Made by a program: the position numbers and the translations under genes. Source: Felis catus (taxonomy: Eukaryota). Taken from it: a stretch of 64,000 nucleotides of DNA. Below, one piece after another: positions 50,865 through 62,922 of this stretch (position 1 is the first letter of the stretch; the number at the start of each line of letters is the position of its first letter). The notes under the pieces are model-generated. The model saw only the letters and a list, made by a program, of their open reading frames with translations. It ran no database searches and was not told the origin of the DNA. The stretch covers positions 30,878,001 to 30,942,000 of the forward strand of contig NC_058383.1 in assembly GCF_018350175.1 (NCBI RefSeq), written 5' to 3'.

Positions 50865-51082
50865 CTGTCAGCCTAGAGAAATTATGCCCCCAGGGGACAT
50901 TTGGCAAAGTGTGGAGACACTGTGGGTTGTCACAACCGGAGAGATGGCGTGGGTGGTGAGTGGGCAGTGGCCACGGATGCTTCTCAACATCCTTTCATGC
51001 ACAGGTGAGACCTCCTCCTCCCCCCCACACAAAGAATTATCCAATCCAAAATGTCAATTGTGCTGCAGCAGAGAAACCCTGG
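50865..51082. mobile_element. MER20-like MITE
   Basis: gcccccaggggacatttggcaaagtgtggagacact...aaagaattatccaatccaaaatgtcaattgtgc...gagaaaccctg. Confidence 0.85.
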
Positions 51083-51794
51083 TGTGAAGATGCCTTCTAG
51101 CAAGCTGGCTCCTGAGAAGCCCAGGTGACGCACAGCCCAAGTCCCCCCACTGCCGGTCAGAGCATCCTCATTTTCCTTTGGGGAAACACCCTTATTCCAT
51201 GGCCCTAAGCGTCAGGAGTAGGTATACAACCCAAAAGCACGCCATCCGCCTGGACAAGGCAGTGAGCAGACAGGGGTATGGCCCATGCCACCGAGAGTCA
51301 GAACCAGGTCCGGGACTGCTGCCAGCCTCGAAAGGAACAGGGGCCTTTTTCACTGGGGTCAGCCGAGCCGAGGGGAGGTCAGCCTGTAGGTGCCCACCGA
51401 CACTCGTGCCACTGCGGCCCGGCTGGGAACAAAGCCAACGCAAGGGAAAAGTTACTTTCTCAAAAGAGACCAGCCCTCAGGACACGGAGTCCCTGAGATT
51501 CAAGCTGGGTCTGCCCTCGGTCTTTTCCATGAGGCAAGCCAATGAATCCCCTTTGTTAAGTTCTGTTAGTCAGGACTCAGTGCAGAGTTGCTGGGAGGAC
51601 TGAAAGCTATCAGCAGGAGGGAGGAGGGGACAGAGACGAAGGCAGAAAAAGAATGTGTCTGGTTTGCAGAAGCTGCAGCTCCTACCAAGGACACATATGG
51701 CCAAGTGTTCCACTGAAAACCCCCTGCGTGAGACCGTCTGAGCCGGAAGGGAGCTCAGGGCCTGCGCAGAAGCCCCCACGTTGCCCCAGTTACC

Positions 51795-52190
51795 TGTAGC
51801 TCGTTACAGTCTCAGCTCTCCTCCTATGGGCGGGGGTTTCCACCCCTGGGTCGAACATACGATGTGCACACTAGCAGGCTGACGGGCATGACAGAAGCAT
51901 GGCAGGTGCAGGTGAACCTAAGCGTCTAAGTAACAGAAAACGTACCGATTGCTTATGTACCCAACTCCCTGCCCTCGCCTTGTGATGCGTTGAATAAAAG
52001 CTTCCAGCACTAACCCCAAGGAGAGACGGTGTGTTGAGACCCGTCTCCCCGTCTCCTTACCTGTGACAAGTGACACAAGTTCTTTGCTTTCAACACTTCC
52101 TTGCACTGCGTTCGATTTAATGTGCCCCAGGTGGCAAAGCCCTGGAGCTGGGTGTCGCTCTCCTACGACCAGGAGAGGGCAGGTGTTACC
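51795..52190 (+). mobile_element. Possible solo ERV LTR, family not recognised
   Basis: Starts TGTAG; ataaaagc TATA-like element near 51994; R/U5-like downstream layout. Ends and TSD are unclear. Confidence 0.4.
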
Positions 52191-54873
52191 TCGGGAATTA
52201 GTATCCTGGTCAGAACAGGGGTGGTCAGCTTGTTTCCCAAACTGTCCCGATTTGAGGAGCCCCGACCTGGTTGCAAATGGGGGGGTCACGTCAGAGGATC
52301 AGGCTGGGTTCTGCTGAGGTGACGGCTGGATCCCGAGGACCCTGCCATCCAAGTATCTGGGACCTCCACTCGTGCCCTCGGCCCAAGTCACGGCTCCCCA
52401 CATAAACATACCCACGAGGGAACAAGCACAGGGGCCAGCAAATGGGATCATCGGAGTGGGGGGCGGTACCCACCTGGAACCAACCCCCAGCTGTAGTTCG
52501 GGCAGTGACAGGGACCGAGGACACACGTGCGTTTGGGTCTGCACGTTAGCCCCGTTCACAGCTCCTGACAAAGAAGCTGTATCAGGAAACCATCTCAGGA
52601 AAACCTCTCCAGGAAGGGCAGAGAAGGAATCACGAACAGGCACCTTGGAGATGCTGACGAATAATGTCACTGGTCCAATGCAACAAGGAATTTTGGTCCA
52701 CACCAAGACTAAAGCCGGCACCACGTGGGCACGTCCCAGCTGGCCAAACTCTCAGGTACTGGGGCCTGGGCATTCGATACTTCAGGCCTCTATGCAATCC
52801 CATGTGATTTGGTATTTGTTGATATCAGGTATTTGGATATTAGATATTAGGTATCTGCTGAGCACTGGCGCCCCGGCTGGAAGAGCTCACCCCTGGGCAA
52901 AGCCTCACAGAGTTTTGCACGGACACCGTCTTCCATTTCAGCTGCTTGAATGGCGGACCCACCTCCTCGGCAGCCCCAGAAACGGAGGACGAAGGTATCT
53001 GGCTCTTCGTAGCTCCTCGGGTAGCCGATGCGGAGCCCCTGATCAAGCAGATGCTAAATAAAGCCTTTTTTCAATGTATGAACGTGCCCAGAGACGTTCA
53101 ACTGAATATTCTTTTTATGTCTGCTTCCAGGTATAGTAGCTTATCACGGTCAGGCGGTTACCGGAGCGCTAATGGTAGTCATCTCACAGGGGCATGTCAG
53201 ACACCGCGCCCAACACGGGACCTGTCGCTGTGCGAGGTGAGTGGCCTTCCGTCCCTCCCACCCGTACCTCTCTCCCCAGCCCTTACGACGAGAGGTACGT
53301 TTACTCCACAACATGTGTCTCCCCCACAGACGGTCAGGTCGGGGAGGGCAGGAGGTTTCGCTCACCGCTGGCTCTGCTGAATTTAGCACAAGCCGGGCAT
53401 ACAGGAGACCCTCGATAAACAGCTTTCGGATGGATACAGGATTTATACTGTGAAGCGAAAAACTAGTTCTTCCTGCTTGGGAAGACACAAGCAGTAACAG
53501 AGAGTAACAGTGACCTGTACGTCCAAAGGGACGTGCTTTTTCTTTTTGCCGGTATCAGGCTCTGTCGGAAGCCCTGAGCATCCCAGAACAGCGGGAGGCC
53601 GACGTGCCGTGAACCGTAGAGGCGCTCAGGTGCTGCACTTGGTGGGACGGTTCGTTCTCAAGGGGAGGGACCGCAAGCACCAAGGCCAGCCATCCCAGGG
53701 CGCTGCCCACCGTGCAGCACAAAGGCCGACGGGGCCGGAACGACACTGAGCAATCCCAGGGCCTGCCTGGGGCACAACAGGGGTGGCAGGAGGGAGCAGA
53801 TGCGGACGAGAGAGATTCACTTCTGCCTCAGAGCCGGTCCGTTTCCCCCCAAATCCGCAACTGGGCAGGGGTTCTCAGAGCCCACGTTACAGCAGCTGTG
53901 GGTCCTGTGTCTGTCTCATCCGTCTCCACTTAACGAATTCCTCCCTCTCTGCCAAGCAGCAAAGCAAGCCTCGAGACAGAGCCGCAGGGAAGAGAACTGG
54001 AGGGCCCGCAGGGTAAGCCTCTTAGGAAAGCGGATGAAAAGGAATGGCTGAGAAGCCTGCAGCCTCGAGTACAAACGCGTCACCCTCCTCCACACCCCGT
54101 GCAGCCCACCTGGACCCTGTGATGTATTATTAACAGGGGAAAGAATGGATTCCCGGCCTCACATACAAAAACACGCCCCGATGGAATAAACCTGCAAAAG
54201 GACTGCCCAGGTGACACGGGGTCCTTCCGGGTGGGACCACAAATACTCACTGGGCCTTCCTGGGGCACCTTTAACCAAGACCACACGCTGTGGCTTCTAG
54301 AAAAGGGGACCTCTTCCATCCAGAAGGGAAGAGCTTGGCTGAAACAAAGCAATGATTTTTTTTTTTTTATATATATACAAAGGAGACCTAATTAGCTGTG
54401 CTGTGCAAATGGAGTATTTTAAAGTAGGCAGTGTTTCCGGTGGCTGAGTTCAAAGTCTGAAATTAATCCCACACAGAGGACAGGTTTCAGCTGTACTTAC
54501 ACCAACAGTACTTTTCAAAGGCAAAGACTTAAGGGTTCTGAACGTAAGCACATGGATGGATTATTTCATTCCAGTTTAGTGCCTGTAATATTTGCTTAAG
54601 AACAAAATAGGCAGGTTGTTTGAAGGTCTCCCATGCCTTCATAAACACTACAGCAGAATATTAAAGACGGCGGACCTCAATCTTCTTCAGAAGTTGGGGT
54701 ACTTGGAGAAGAAGATCAAACAACTGCTAAGGTACAAACCAGGTGCTAACTGAATAACAACAAATGATATGGAAGTGACAGAAAACCGAGCCCACAAGCG
54801 CAATGGTGTGTAAACACAGAGAGAAGAAGGAGAGAGAAACTAAGAAAGCCAGTTATTAAACAGTTTCTCCCAT

Positions 54874-55100
54874 GGGACGCCTGGGGGGCTCAGTCCATTG
54901 AGTGGCCAACTTCGGCTCAGGTCATGATCTCACAGTCCATGAGTTCAAGCCCCGCGTCGGGCTCTGGGCCGACGGCTCGGAGCCTGGAGCCCGCTTCGGA
55001 TTCTGTGTCTCCCTCTCTCTGACCCTCCCTCATTCATGCTGTCTCTCTCTGCCTCAAAAAGAAACGAACATTAAAAAAAATTGAAAATATAATGAAATAA
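54874..55100 (+). mobile_element. CanSINE
   Basis: gggacgcctgggggg...A-rich tail; degenerate TSD taaacagtttctccc / taaatagttgctccc. Confidence 0.92.
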
Positions 55101-56269
55101 ATAGTTGCTCCCGGTTCACGTGTTGCTGTTCAATCACCGTCTCTGGCTGGTGTCTGTTAGCAGCCCAGCATCAGCAGCGGCCAGAAGCATAAGAGACGTT
55201 CACGGACACAAACCTTCCAATGGGAAGGTTCTGGACACCAGTTTTACCTCTGTCCTGAGGATTGCTCAAACGCTGCCATTTCCTGCTAGTGCCAGAGCAC
55301 CCCTCAGCCCCCGTTTCGGACTCGGGGACGGAGCGGGGAAATCCTGGCGCTCAAAGGTGCAAGCCGCTTTTTAAGACCTTGCATTCACCCCCGTCCGGGG
55401 ACGGCCCGCCTGCCAGAACCCCGTGCGCAAAACAGAATTCCAGACCTCTTCCCGCCACACCAACGGTGAAAGCCATTGGCACCACGTGCATCAGGTGGGC
55501 TATCTCAGCGCGTCTGGCATTTAGGACTACCTTTGCCAGGCCTCCGGGCAGGCTCTCCAGCCCTGACGCTGCCCAAACAGGAAGCTTTGAAGGAGCTTCC
55601 CTGAAACCCACCCACGGCCAGAGCAGCCAACGCTAACACCTGCTCGGACAACTTCCCTAAGCAAGACCGTCTCGGCCCGGCCTGTGGAGGCGGGGGCCTC
55701 GATGGGTAACATGTCTGGGCCCTGCGGTGGCCCCCGCAGTTCTAGAGAAAACTCCCTGCTGGGCTGCAGCGGCCCACCTTCTCAGAAACGCGGGCGGCCA
55801 CCCAGGCAGGCCGGGCCCCTCCCTTCAGACTGAAGGCAACTGTCCCAATTGCCTCTTGGGTTTTTAAAGAGCTTCACCCTCAGTCTCAGAACCTCTGGAA
55901 ACCGGCACCTTGTGAGAAAACGCTATTTGGGCTCCAAAAATGTTACTGAATGCCATGCTTCTCCGTGCCTTTGTTTTCTCATCTATAAAATGGGGAGAAG
56001 AAGAGTTTATTCACAGGGTGCTTTTGAGGACTCAATGAGCTATTTGACATAATGCACACACACCAGCGAGAGGCAGCGGCCGCTATGGCTTCTTGTTAGT
56101 ATTCTCCCCATTACTGTTTTATTGCAAGCGGTCTGTTCCCTCAGCGCCGTGTTTCCCAAATACATAACACTGTCCCAAACTCTGGCTGCTTGCATTATCG
56201 TTTATTTGGCGTTGTTCTTCAAGCAGAGTCTCTTTGTTTCTTCTTAAATTTATTTTAGAAGGAAAATGC

Positions 56270-56472
56270 AGGGTGCCTGGGTAGTTCAGTCAGTACGCGT
56301 CCGACTGGATTTCTGCTCAGGTCACGATCTCATGGTTTGTGGGTTCGAGCCCCGCATCAGGCTCTGGGCTGACAACATGCAGGCTGCTTGGGATTCTCTC
56401 CCTCCCCCCCCCCCACCTGACCTCTGCTCTTCCCCCATGCACCCCCTTGTCAAAAAAACAAAAACTTAAAAT
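56270..56472 (+). mobile_element. CanSINE
   Basis: gggtgcctgggtagttcagtcag...gggttcgagccccgcatcagg...A-tail; aaatgca on both flanks. Confidence 0.88.
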
Positions 56473-56801
56473 AAATGCATCACTGTGGTAAATGGAAAAC
56501 AGGATTCTGTGCCTTAACTAGAAGGGAAATGTGAAAACTAAACACAATTAAAACAGGGCAACAAATAAGATCAAGTTCAAGTCTGCTCCTTCCTGTCGCC
56601 GCCGAACAGAAAGATTCAAGGGTGTGGACGGCACAAGGTCAACACTTGAAGACTTTCTCCCCTTGGTAATCCCAAACCGTGGAAGAGCTGAAAACGGAGT
56701 GGCTTTCTCCCAGCAGGATTTGTTAATGTCCAGCCTCTGTCTTTCTAGAACCTGGTTAAGCACACATAAAATTATCCTGCTTTCCGACACTCTTGGAGAC
56801 A

Positions 56802-57008
56802 CTGTTCTGCCCAAGAGGACTTTCTGCAATGATGGAAACTTTCTGTAACTGTGCTGCCCCATAAAGTTGCCACTGGCAGCATATGGCTGTTAAGCACTTG
56901 AAATGTGGCTAGTGGACTTGAACTGAATTTCTAAGTTTACTGTATTTTAGTTCATTTAAATGTAAATGGCTGGGTGTGGCTAGTGGCTGTCGTATTGGAA
57001 AGCCCAGA
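56802..57008. mobile_element. MER3-like hAT MITE
   Basis: actttctgcaatgatggaaa...atatggctgttaagcacttgaaatgtggctagtg...gtggctagtggctgtcgtattgga. Confidence 0.85.
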
Positions 57009-57609
57009 TCTACTGAGAAAACTACACATGATGATCCCTTGATCTTGGCTCTTCGAATGAACTGATATCTGTTTGGAGGTTACACCCTTGTCTTCCTTTG
57101 AGGGAGATGTGATGGAACCTGACAGGGACTTGTCGCAGGCATGTAACTGGGGACTGTCTACTACATCCCTCAATATTGCTTAATCTACAGCTCTGTGTGG
57201 AAATTTCTTTTAGAGCTCCCTTTGAGGAGCTCATGTATTTTCTTCTCATTAGCAATGGTAGTATTCAAAATAGGCACATTTCCATTTTCACCCTGGCTGC
57301 CAGGAAGCCCACAGGAAATACACAAAGCAACAAGAACACTGGTGTAGGATCTCATGACAGATTTCCATGATTTCCTTAATGGAAGTATTACCAGTTTACG
57401 TTTTCCCAGACCCTGACATTTCATCTTTTACTTCTATGCTATCATTCTTTTACAGGTGTTCCTCTAGAAATTATCTCAAATCTTTTGGGGAAATATACAG
57501 ACGGTATTTTTTAAACTAAGAAAAATAACGTCCAATGGTACCAGCATTTTCAGTGACTTGTTCTTTCCCTTATCGTTTACGTTAAGAACCCCATAAAAAG
57601 CTTTCTCGA

Positions 57610-57834
57610 GGGGCACCTGGGTGGCGCAGTCGGTTAAGCGGCCGACTTCAGCCAGGTCGCGATCTCGCGGTCCGTGAGTTCAAGCCCCGCGTCGGGCTCT
57701 GGGCTGATGGCTCAGAGCCTGGAGCCTGTTTCCGATTCTGTGTCTCCCTCTCTCTCTGCCCCTCCCCCGTTCATGCTCTGTCTCTCTCTGTCCCCAAAAA
57801 AATAAACGTTGAAAAAAAAATTAAAAAAAAAAAA
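57610..57834 (+). mobile_element. Young feline CanSINE
   Basis: CpG-rich body, long A-tail, perfect TSD aaaaagctttctcga (57595-57609 and 57835-57849). Confidence 0.96.
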
Positions 57835-58742
57835 AAAAAGCTTTCTCGAATGTCTCCAAACATGCTGTGTGGATTTTGCTTGTGAGATACAGACCAGAAG
57901 CACTGTTAGCTAAGAGGAGAAAGACAGCTGCATTCAAGAGGTGCTACCTCACACCGCCCATATCACATTTCAATTTTGGTCTAAGATAAAGCTCTCTGCT
58001 TCTCTTTGTTCACCCCCTGGGCAACACCTCTCGGCTCTCTGATGGCCGCAAAGCAGAACTCAAAGGACACTCGTAGAAGACGGTTTTTGGTGGGTGTGGC
58101 ATCGAAAGAGAAAGAGAACCAAGGAGATGTATGGAAATCTGTCACGTCCAACTCTTCTTAAGCCAAAGGTGAGAGCATCCGGAGCACTCAGATTCTCCAA
58201 CACTTACTGACGAGTTCCTTACTAAGTGCCGTTGCCAAACAAGTAAACTCCAGTCGCTTTCTGGTGCAAGCTTCCTTGCCAAACCCTAGCTCACCTGTCT
58301 GTGAGATTTCAAGATGCATGTACCATACAGATGCCTGTTCCTATAAACCACACACCTGCCACCATGCCTGCCACCGAAGGCTACACAGGGCGAGCATTTG
58401 GCAACAGCAGAAATTCCAAGATGAGAATACAGAATGTGTCCTACCCGCCACACGCCCCTCACGCTGACAAGAGCTTTGCAAGGCAAGGAGTGGTAGTATT
58501 TCCATCTTACTCGTGAGGAAATGGAGATTCACTTAAGGTTACAAAACTGAAACCAGGGCTCCTATCTTCAAAGTCGGTGTCTTTTTTTTTTTTTTCCCCC
58601 TAACCATCCAGTCTCTGGAGAAAAATATCTTAATAGGTGAGAAGATGTCTTCTTTGATGGTCAATTCTCCACTTAAGAAAAAAAAAAAAAGCAACAAAAC
58701 TCAAGACTTCACAGAGCTGATGGGGAGTAAGAACAAAAACGT

Positions 58743-58940
58743 GGGGCACCTGGGTGGCTCAGTTAGGTGTCTGACTTCAGCTCAGGTCATGATCTCATGG
58801 TCCGTGGGTTCGAGCCCCGCATCGGGCTCTGGGCTGACGGCTCAGAGCCTGGAGCCTGCTTCGGATTCTGTGTCTCCCTCTCTCTCTGGCCCTCCCCCGT
58901 TCATGCTCTGTCTCTCTCTGCCTCGCTCTGTCTCTGTCTG
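58743..58940 (+). mobile_element. CanSINE lacking an A-tail
   Basis: Head and (CT)n tract present; runs into unique sequence with no poly-A. Confidence 0.88.
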
Positions 58941-59880
58941 TGTTGTCGTGACACAAGACGACGGAAGCAGAAAGCAGCTAAGAGTCAGTGGTGAAAACAG
59001 AGCAGTCCAGGACAGGTGAACACCACTGGCTGGAGATCAGGATCCAAGGTAAGAAAAGTAAAAGACAATAGAGGAAAAGATGGTAGGAAGGCAGGGCAGA
59101 AAGAGGCATCGGGAAATCAGGAAATATGGAAAACTGGAGTCCCACGTGTTGGGGATAAACCAAAGCACGCACAGGCCCCTCAGTCCCCAACACCCAAGTC
59201 CCAGCCAGGAGCCAACCAGTTCTCCCCCGAGGAGGAGGAGACGTCTGCTCTTTGGGTTACGTCAAGTAACTGTTGCCCCTTCTGCTGAGAAGAGTACCCG
59301 GCTTTTCATTCAGAGAAGAACTCCTCTCCCTCCATCAGACACACCCCAGCACCAGCAGGGGTCACATCCAAACCTGGTCCATCCCACGGGTCCATCACCC
59401 ATCCCTGAGGATCAGGAAGGGGATCCTGGTCCAAGACAGGCCCGGGAGAGACACTGAAACACCCAGACAGGCTGAAAGCCACCCATCAACCCGCAGAGAG
59501 CACCAGCCCGAGAAGGACGCCTGAGCAAAGGACAGAGCGGATGGCAGCAGGTTTCCGGCCACGGGCCCGGTCATGCCTGGGCCGCACGTACACTCAGACT
59601 CTCTGGCTGCAACACAAGCCGACAAATCCCATTCTGGCTCCCGCTGTCCAAGCTCAGATCTGCAGCGTCTGCACCAAAGGGCCTGACCGACACGAAGAAG
59701 CTCCACCCCGGCCCCTCCTGTCTACATGAAGGAGGGACCCCTTCCTCGGGGAGGCCCGGCAACTGGGAGGCTGGCATCGGGAGGCCGTGGCCGTGGCCGA
59801 GAGGCAGAGGCACCACAGTGCAACAAAAGGCTGTTGGTTCCACCCCAGCAGTGACATCTGGCCGAAAACCAGACGCTCAC

Positions 59881-59962
59881 CTGATACACGTGGAAGGCAT
59901 TCGCCGCTTTGCCCCGCAGAAACACTGATGGGATCCAGACGTTGATCAGCGCCCGGTTTGAT
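59881..59962 (-). CDS. SNX29: SNX29 coding exon (82 bp, phase 2/0), start of PX domain
   Basis: Minus strand reads tgactaattttgatctttggtttcggtcAG|A TCA AAC CGG...TAT CAG|GTgag, with a branch-point-like ACTAAT upstream. Encodes SNRALINVWIPSVFLRGKAANAFHVYQ and joins in frame to the 141 bp exon. Confidence 0.96.
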
Positions 59963-60409
59963 CTGACCGAAACCAAAGATCAAAATTAGTCATTTCAATT
60001 TACAATGAGGATCGGAGGAAAACAGACTTCTCCTCTAAGAGGCATCACACACCAGAATTTAGGACAACATCGATCATTTCTACGAGTAAGACGAAGGGCC
60101 TGGGTAGGCGTGTTCGCCCAGCCCCCAGGATCATTCTTCAGGGACTGAGTTTAAGTCTATGTGTATTTTTTTGTTCAGACACACAGTGTGTACTTTGGAA
60201 TAAGAAATGGACTTTAGCTTTACAACTGAGTCACCGTGACTCCTACTTTCTCTAAACCTGAGTTTCTTCCTCTGAAAAGAGGGATAATAATTGGAGGCCC
60301 CCACGGGGGTGTGGAGGGTCGTGTGACCTGATGACTGCAGGGTACCTGGGGCACCCAGAGGGGTCACACTGTCTCCTCGCTGTGCCCCTCTACACCCTGG
60401 CCCCCGTTT

Positions 60410-60632
60410 TTTTTTTTTAATTTTTTTTTTAACGTTTATTTATTTTTTGAGATAGAGAGAGACAGAGCATGAATGGGGGAGGGTCAGAGAGAGGGAGACA
60501 CAGAATCGGAAACAGGCTCCAGGCTCTGAGTTGTCAGCACAGAGCCTGACGCAGGGCTTGAACTCACGGACTGCGAGATCATGACCTGAGCCGAAGTCGG
60601 CCGCCCAAACGACTGAGCCACCCAGGTGCCCC
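60410..60632 (-). mobile_element. Feline CanSINE
   Basis: Reverse-oriented SINE with TSD ccctggcccccgtttt on both sides. Confidence 0.95.
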
Positions 60633-61983
60633 CTGGCCCCCGTTTTAAGATCAGACTCCACCCAGGGGCTCAGGAGACCGACATCCATGGCAATGCAGGT
60701 AACGGCTCTTTGGGGTGGGGAGAGGGGAAAGAGAAAATGGCAGGCTGGGATACCAGGAAGCCAGGTGCAAATACCCGCCTTGCAACTCTCCAAAACCACT
60801 GTGTGTGGCTCCAATGAACCAAGATTTAAATTCAAGGGCAAGTCGTTTCCTGAGCACCTATAACGTATGATTTCATGATTTCCCTGGATTATCTCAGGGA
60901 ATCCTCATGGGATATTTAAGGGGTCCTTCAAGGGTCCCCTTGGGTATGTGAGCTCTGCCTCACGTGACGGCTGTCACCTAGCTGTGAGTCGCTGGGTGCA
61001 CGGGCCCACTCCAGTGATCTTCCACCAGGCTGAAGGCCAGGCGTGCAGGCTGGAAACCCTGTCTCTAACACCTGAGGGTCAGTCCTGACGGGTATCTCGA
61101 GGGCACCGCACAACTCTGGGAGGGGCCTCCACCTCGCGTTGTGCCCGGGCTCAGTGCCCCCTCCTGAACTCTCCCTCTCTCTAAGGAGCAGCCCACAAAG
61201 ATGTACCAGACTTCTGTGCTTACAACACAATCTGAGACGATGGGGGAAGAGCCCGGGACTCAGTGGTCTCCCCAGCTCAGGTGTAGAGAGCATTTTAGTC
61301 TCACAGAGAGATGGTTCTCTCCTGAGGCGGCATCCTTCCAAGCTCCGAGCTGAGGTGCTGACTTCCTCCACGGGGCAAAATCATCCATCAGCTCTCAGAG
61401 CTCCAAGTCCAAATGGCAATTCTGAGCCGTCAAGCTGGTTTGCACATTAATGGCACCCCGACCATCCCTCCCCGTCCTTCCTGGAAAGGTCCTCCCAAGG
61501 GTCCTAGCGCCTAAAGTGTTCCCTTGCATCTCTGTCCGGGGGTGGGCCGGGCACCAGCGGACCCAACGATCTGCTTTGCATTCACCTTCCTGATCAGTGA
61601 GTGTGAGACACCCCCGACTGGCTTCAGCACTTCTCCGTCTCAGAACATTCACAGCATGAGAACTGTTTACAGGGCCATTTCCCTCCTTGATATTAACTCA
61701 CTTGTTCCGTCTTTTGTTGGCTCACTCATGCATTAAATAAATGCTGACTGAGAACCTACTATGTGCCAGTGGCTACTCTAGGTCCTGGAGACAGAGCACG
61801 GAAGCAAGACGACCCAGACCCTGCCCTCGGGGAGTGGGAGAGAGACAAATCCCTCTGGTTAGTAATTCACTGTGGTCCAAGAAGGTACTTTCTAGAATTT
61901 CCACCTTTTTAAGGTGAGGGAGACTTGTTTTGTAGTGTAACATAGGATCTATCCTGGAGAACGTACCAGCACACTTGAGAAGA

Positions 61984-62200
61984 GGGGCTCCTGGGTGGCT
62001 CAGTCAGTTGAACATCTGACTCTCGATTTCAGCTCAGGACATGATCTCATGATTGGTGGGATCGAGCCCCAAGTCTGGCTCCGTGCTGAGAGCCTGGAGC
62101 CTGCTTAGGATGCTCTCCCTCCCCCTCTCCCTCTGCCCATTCTCCCCACTGGTGCACACTCTCTCTCAATCAAAATAAACATTTAAAAATATGTATTTAA
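61984..62200 (+). mobile_element. Older CanSINE nested in a minus-strand L1 fragment (~61865-62240)
   Basis: ggggctcctgggtggctcagtcagttgaacatctgactctcgatttc...; flanked by tctatcctggagaacgtaccagcacacttgagaaga and gtatatactgttctcgttggg. Confidence 0.85.
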
Positions 62201-62866
62201 AAATGAGAAGCAAGGTATATACTGTTCTCGTTGGGCTGAGGAACTACGCCCGAGTACCCGAACCCCAAAGCAACCTGATTGTGAAACAGTCTGAAGACCA
62301 ACTAAGTTCTTTAGGAGCTTATCATCAGGGGCACCAGCCAGAGTCACATCCAGTCACAAATCAGACCCATGCACCAAACCACTGCTGTTTCCATTAACTC
62401 AGGGGTTGCGAACTCATTCTTCCGGGAGACACACAGAGAAGGAAATGCGGGCAGCAGGCCAGAGTCAGGCAACAGGGAAAAGGGGGGACTGCGGTAAGTG
62501 AAAGAGTACCTGCCCTGTGTGAAGGAGGCGGCTGCTACTCGGCACTGACCATGGCCTGGTAGGGATCGGAGCCCCCCCTTGTTTTCTTTTTAAAGCGAAA
62601 TTTAAATTCTTATGCGATAGCTTCCAAGTCTAAAATGTCAGCCAAAAAAATAATTGTTTTCTAATACCCAAGAAGAGAACCACGGCACATCTGAAGGCCA
62701 GACTTGGGCTGCAGGTGAACAGCCTCTCCCTCTATGATAACCAAATTGCCCTGCGCAGACTGAAACAGTGATCTCTGTTTCCCCCCCTGTGGTCTTCTGG
62801 GAGACAAGCCAAACCGCTGAGTCCTACTTCCAAAGGGGCCCTCGTGAGTAGATGCCGTGGACTTAC

Positions 62867-62922
62867 ATTTCAAAATCCGACAAACTCTGGTCTTCGGACG
62901 TTTGGCTCAAATCTCCGGGCAC
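62867..62922 (-). CDS. SNX29: SNX29 coding exon (56 bp, phase 0/2)
   Basis: Minus strand reads ggcAG|GTG CCC GGA GAT TTG AGC CAA ACG TCC GAA GAC CAG AGT TTG TCG GAT TTT GAA AT|GTaagt = VPGDLSQTSEDQSLSDFE(I). The split codon AT+A fits the next exon. Not in the ORF track. Confidence 0.93.

Larger units (their letters stand above)
2709..59880 (-). other. SNX29: 57,172 bp GT-AG intron of SNX29 interrupting the PX domain
   Basis: Flanking exons splice in frame (HVYQ|VYIR) to give a continuous PX sequence, so no further constitutive exon is needed between them. Confidence 0.9.

Noticed and set aside
52372..53061. 229 aa ORF
   Set aside because: No recognisable homology; runs through a low-complexity gatatt/ggtatt patch; long ORFs are expected by chance in GC-rich DNA.
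54664..54753. Protein-like frame TADLNLLQKLGYLEKKIKQLLRYK on the plus strand
   Set aside because: Short, no convincing acceptor, antisense to SNX29 and no recognisable family.
59349..59368. CTCF-like CCAGCAGGGGTCAC, with weaker matches near 39210 and 40162
   Set aside because: Mismatches fall at core positions; such matches are expected by chance in 64 kb of GC-rich DNA.
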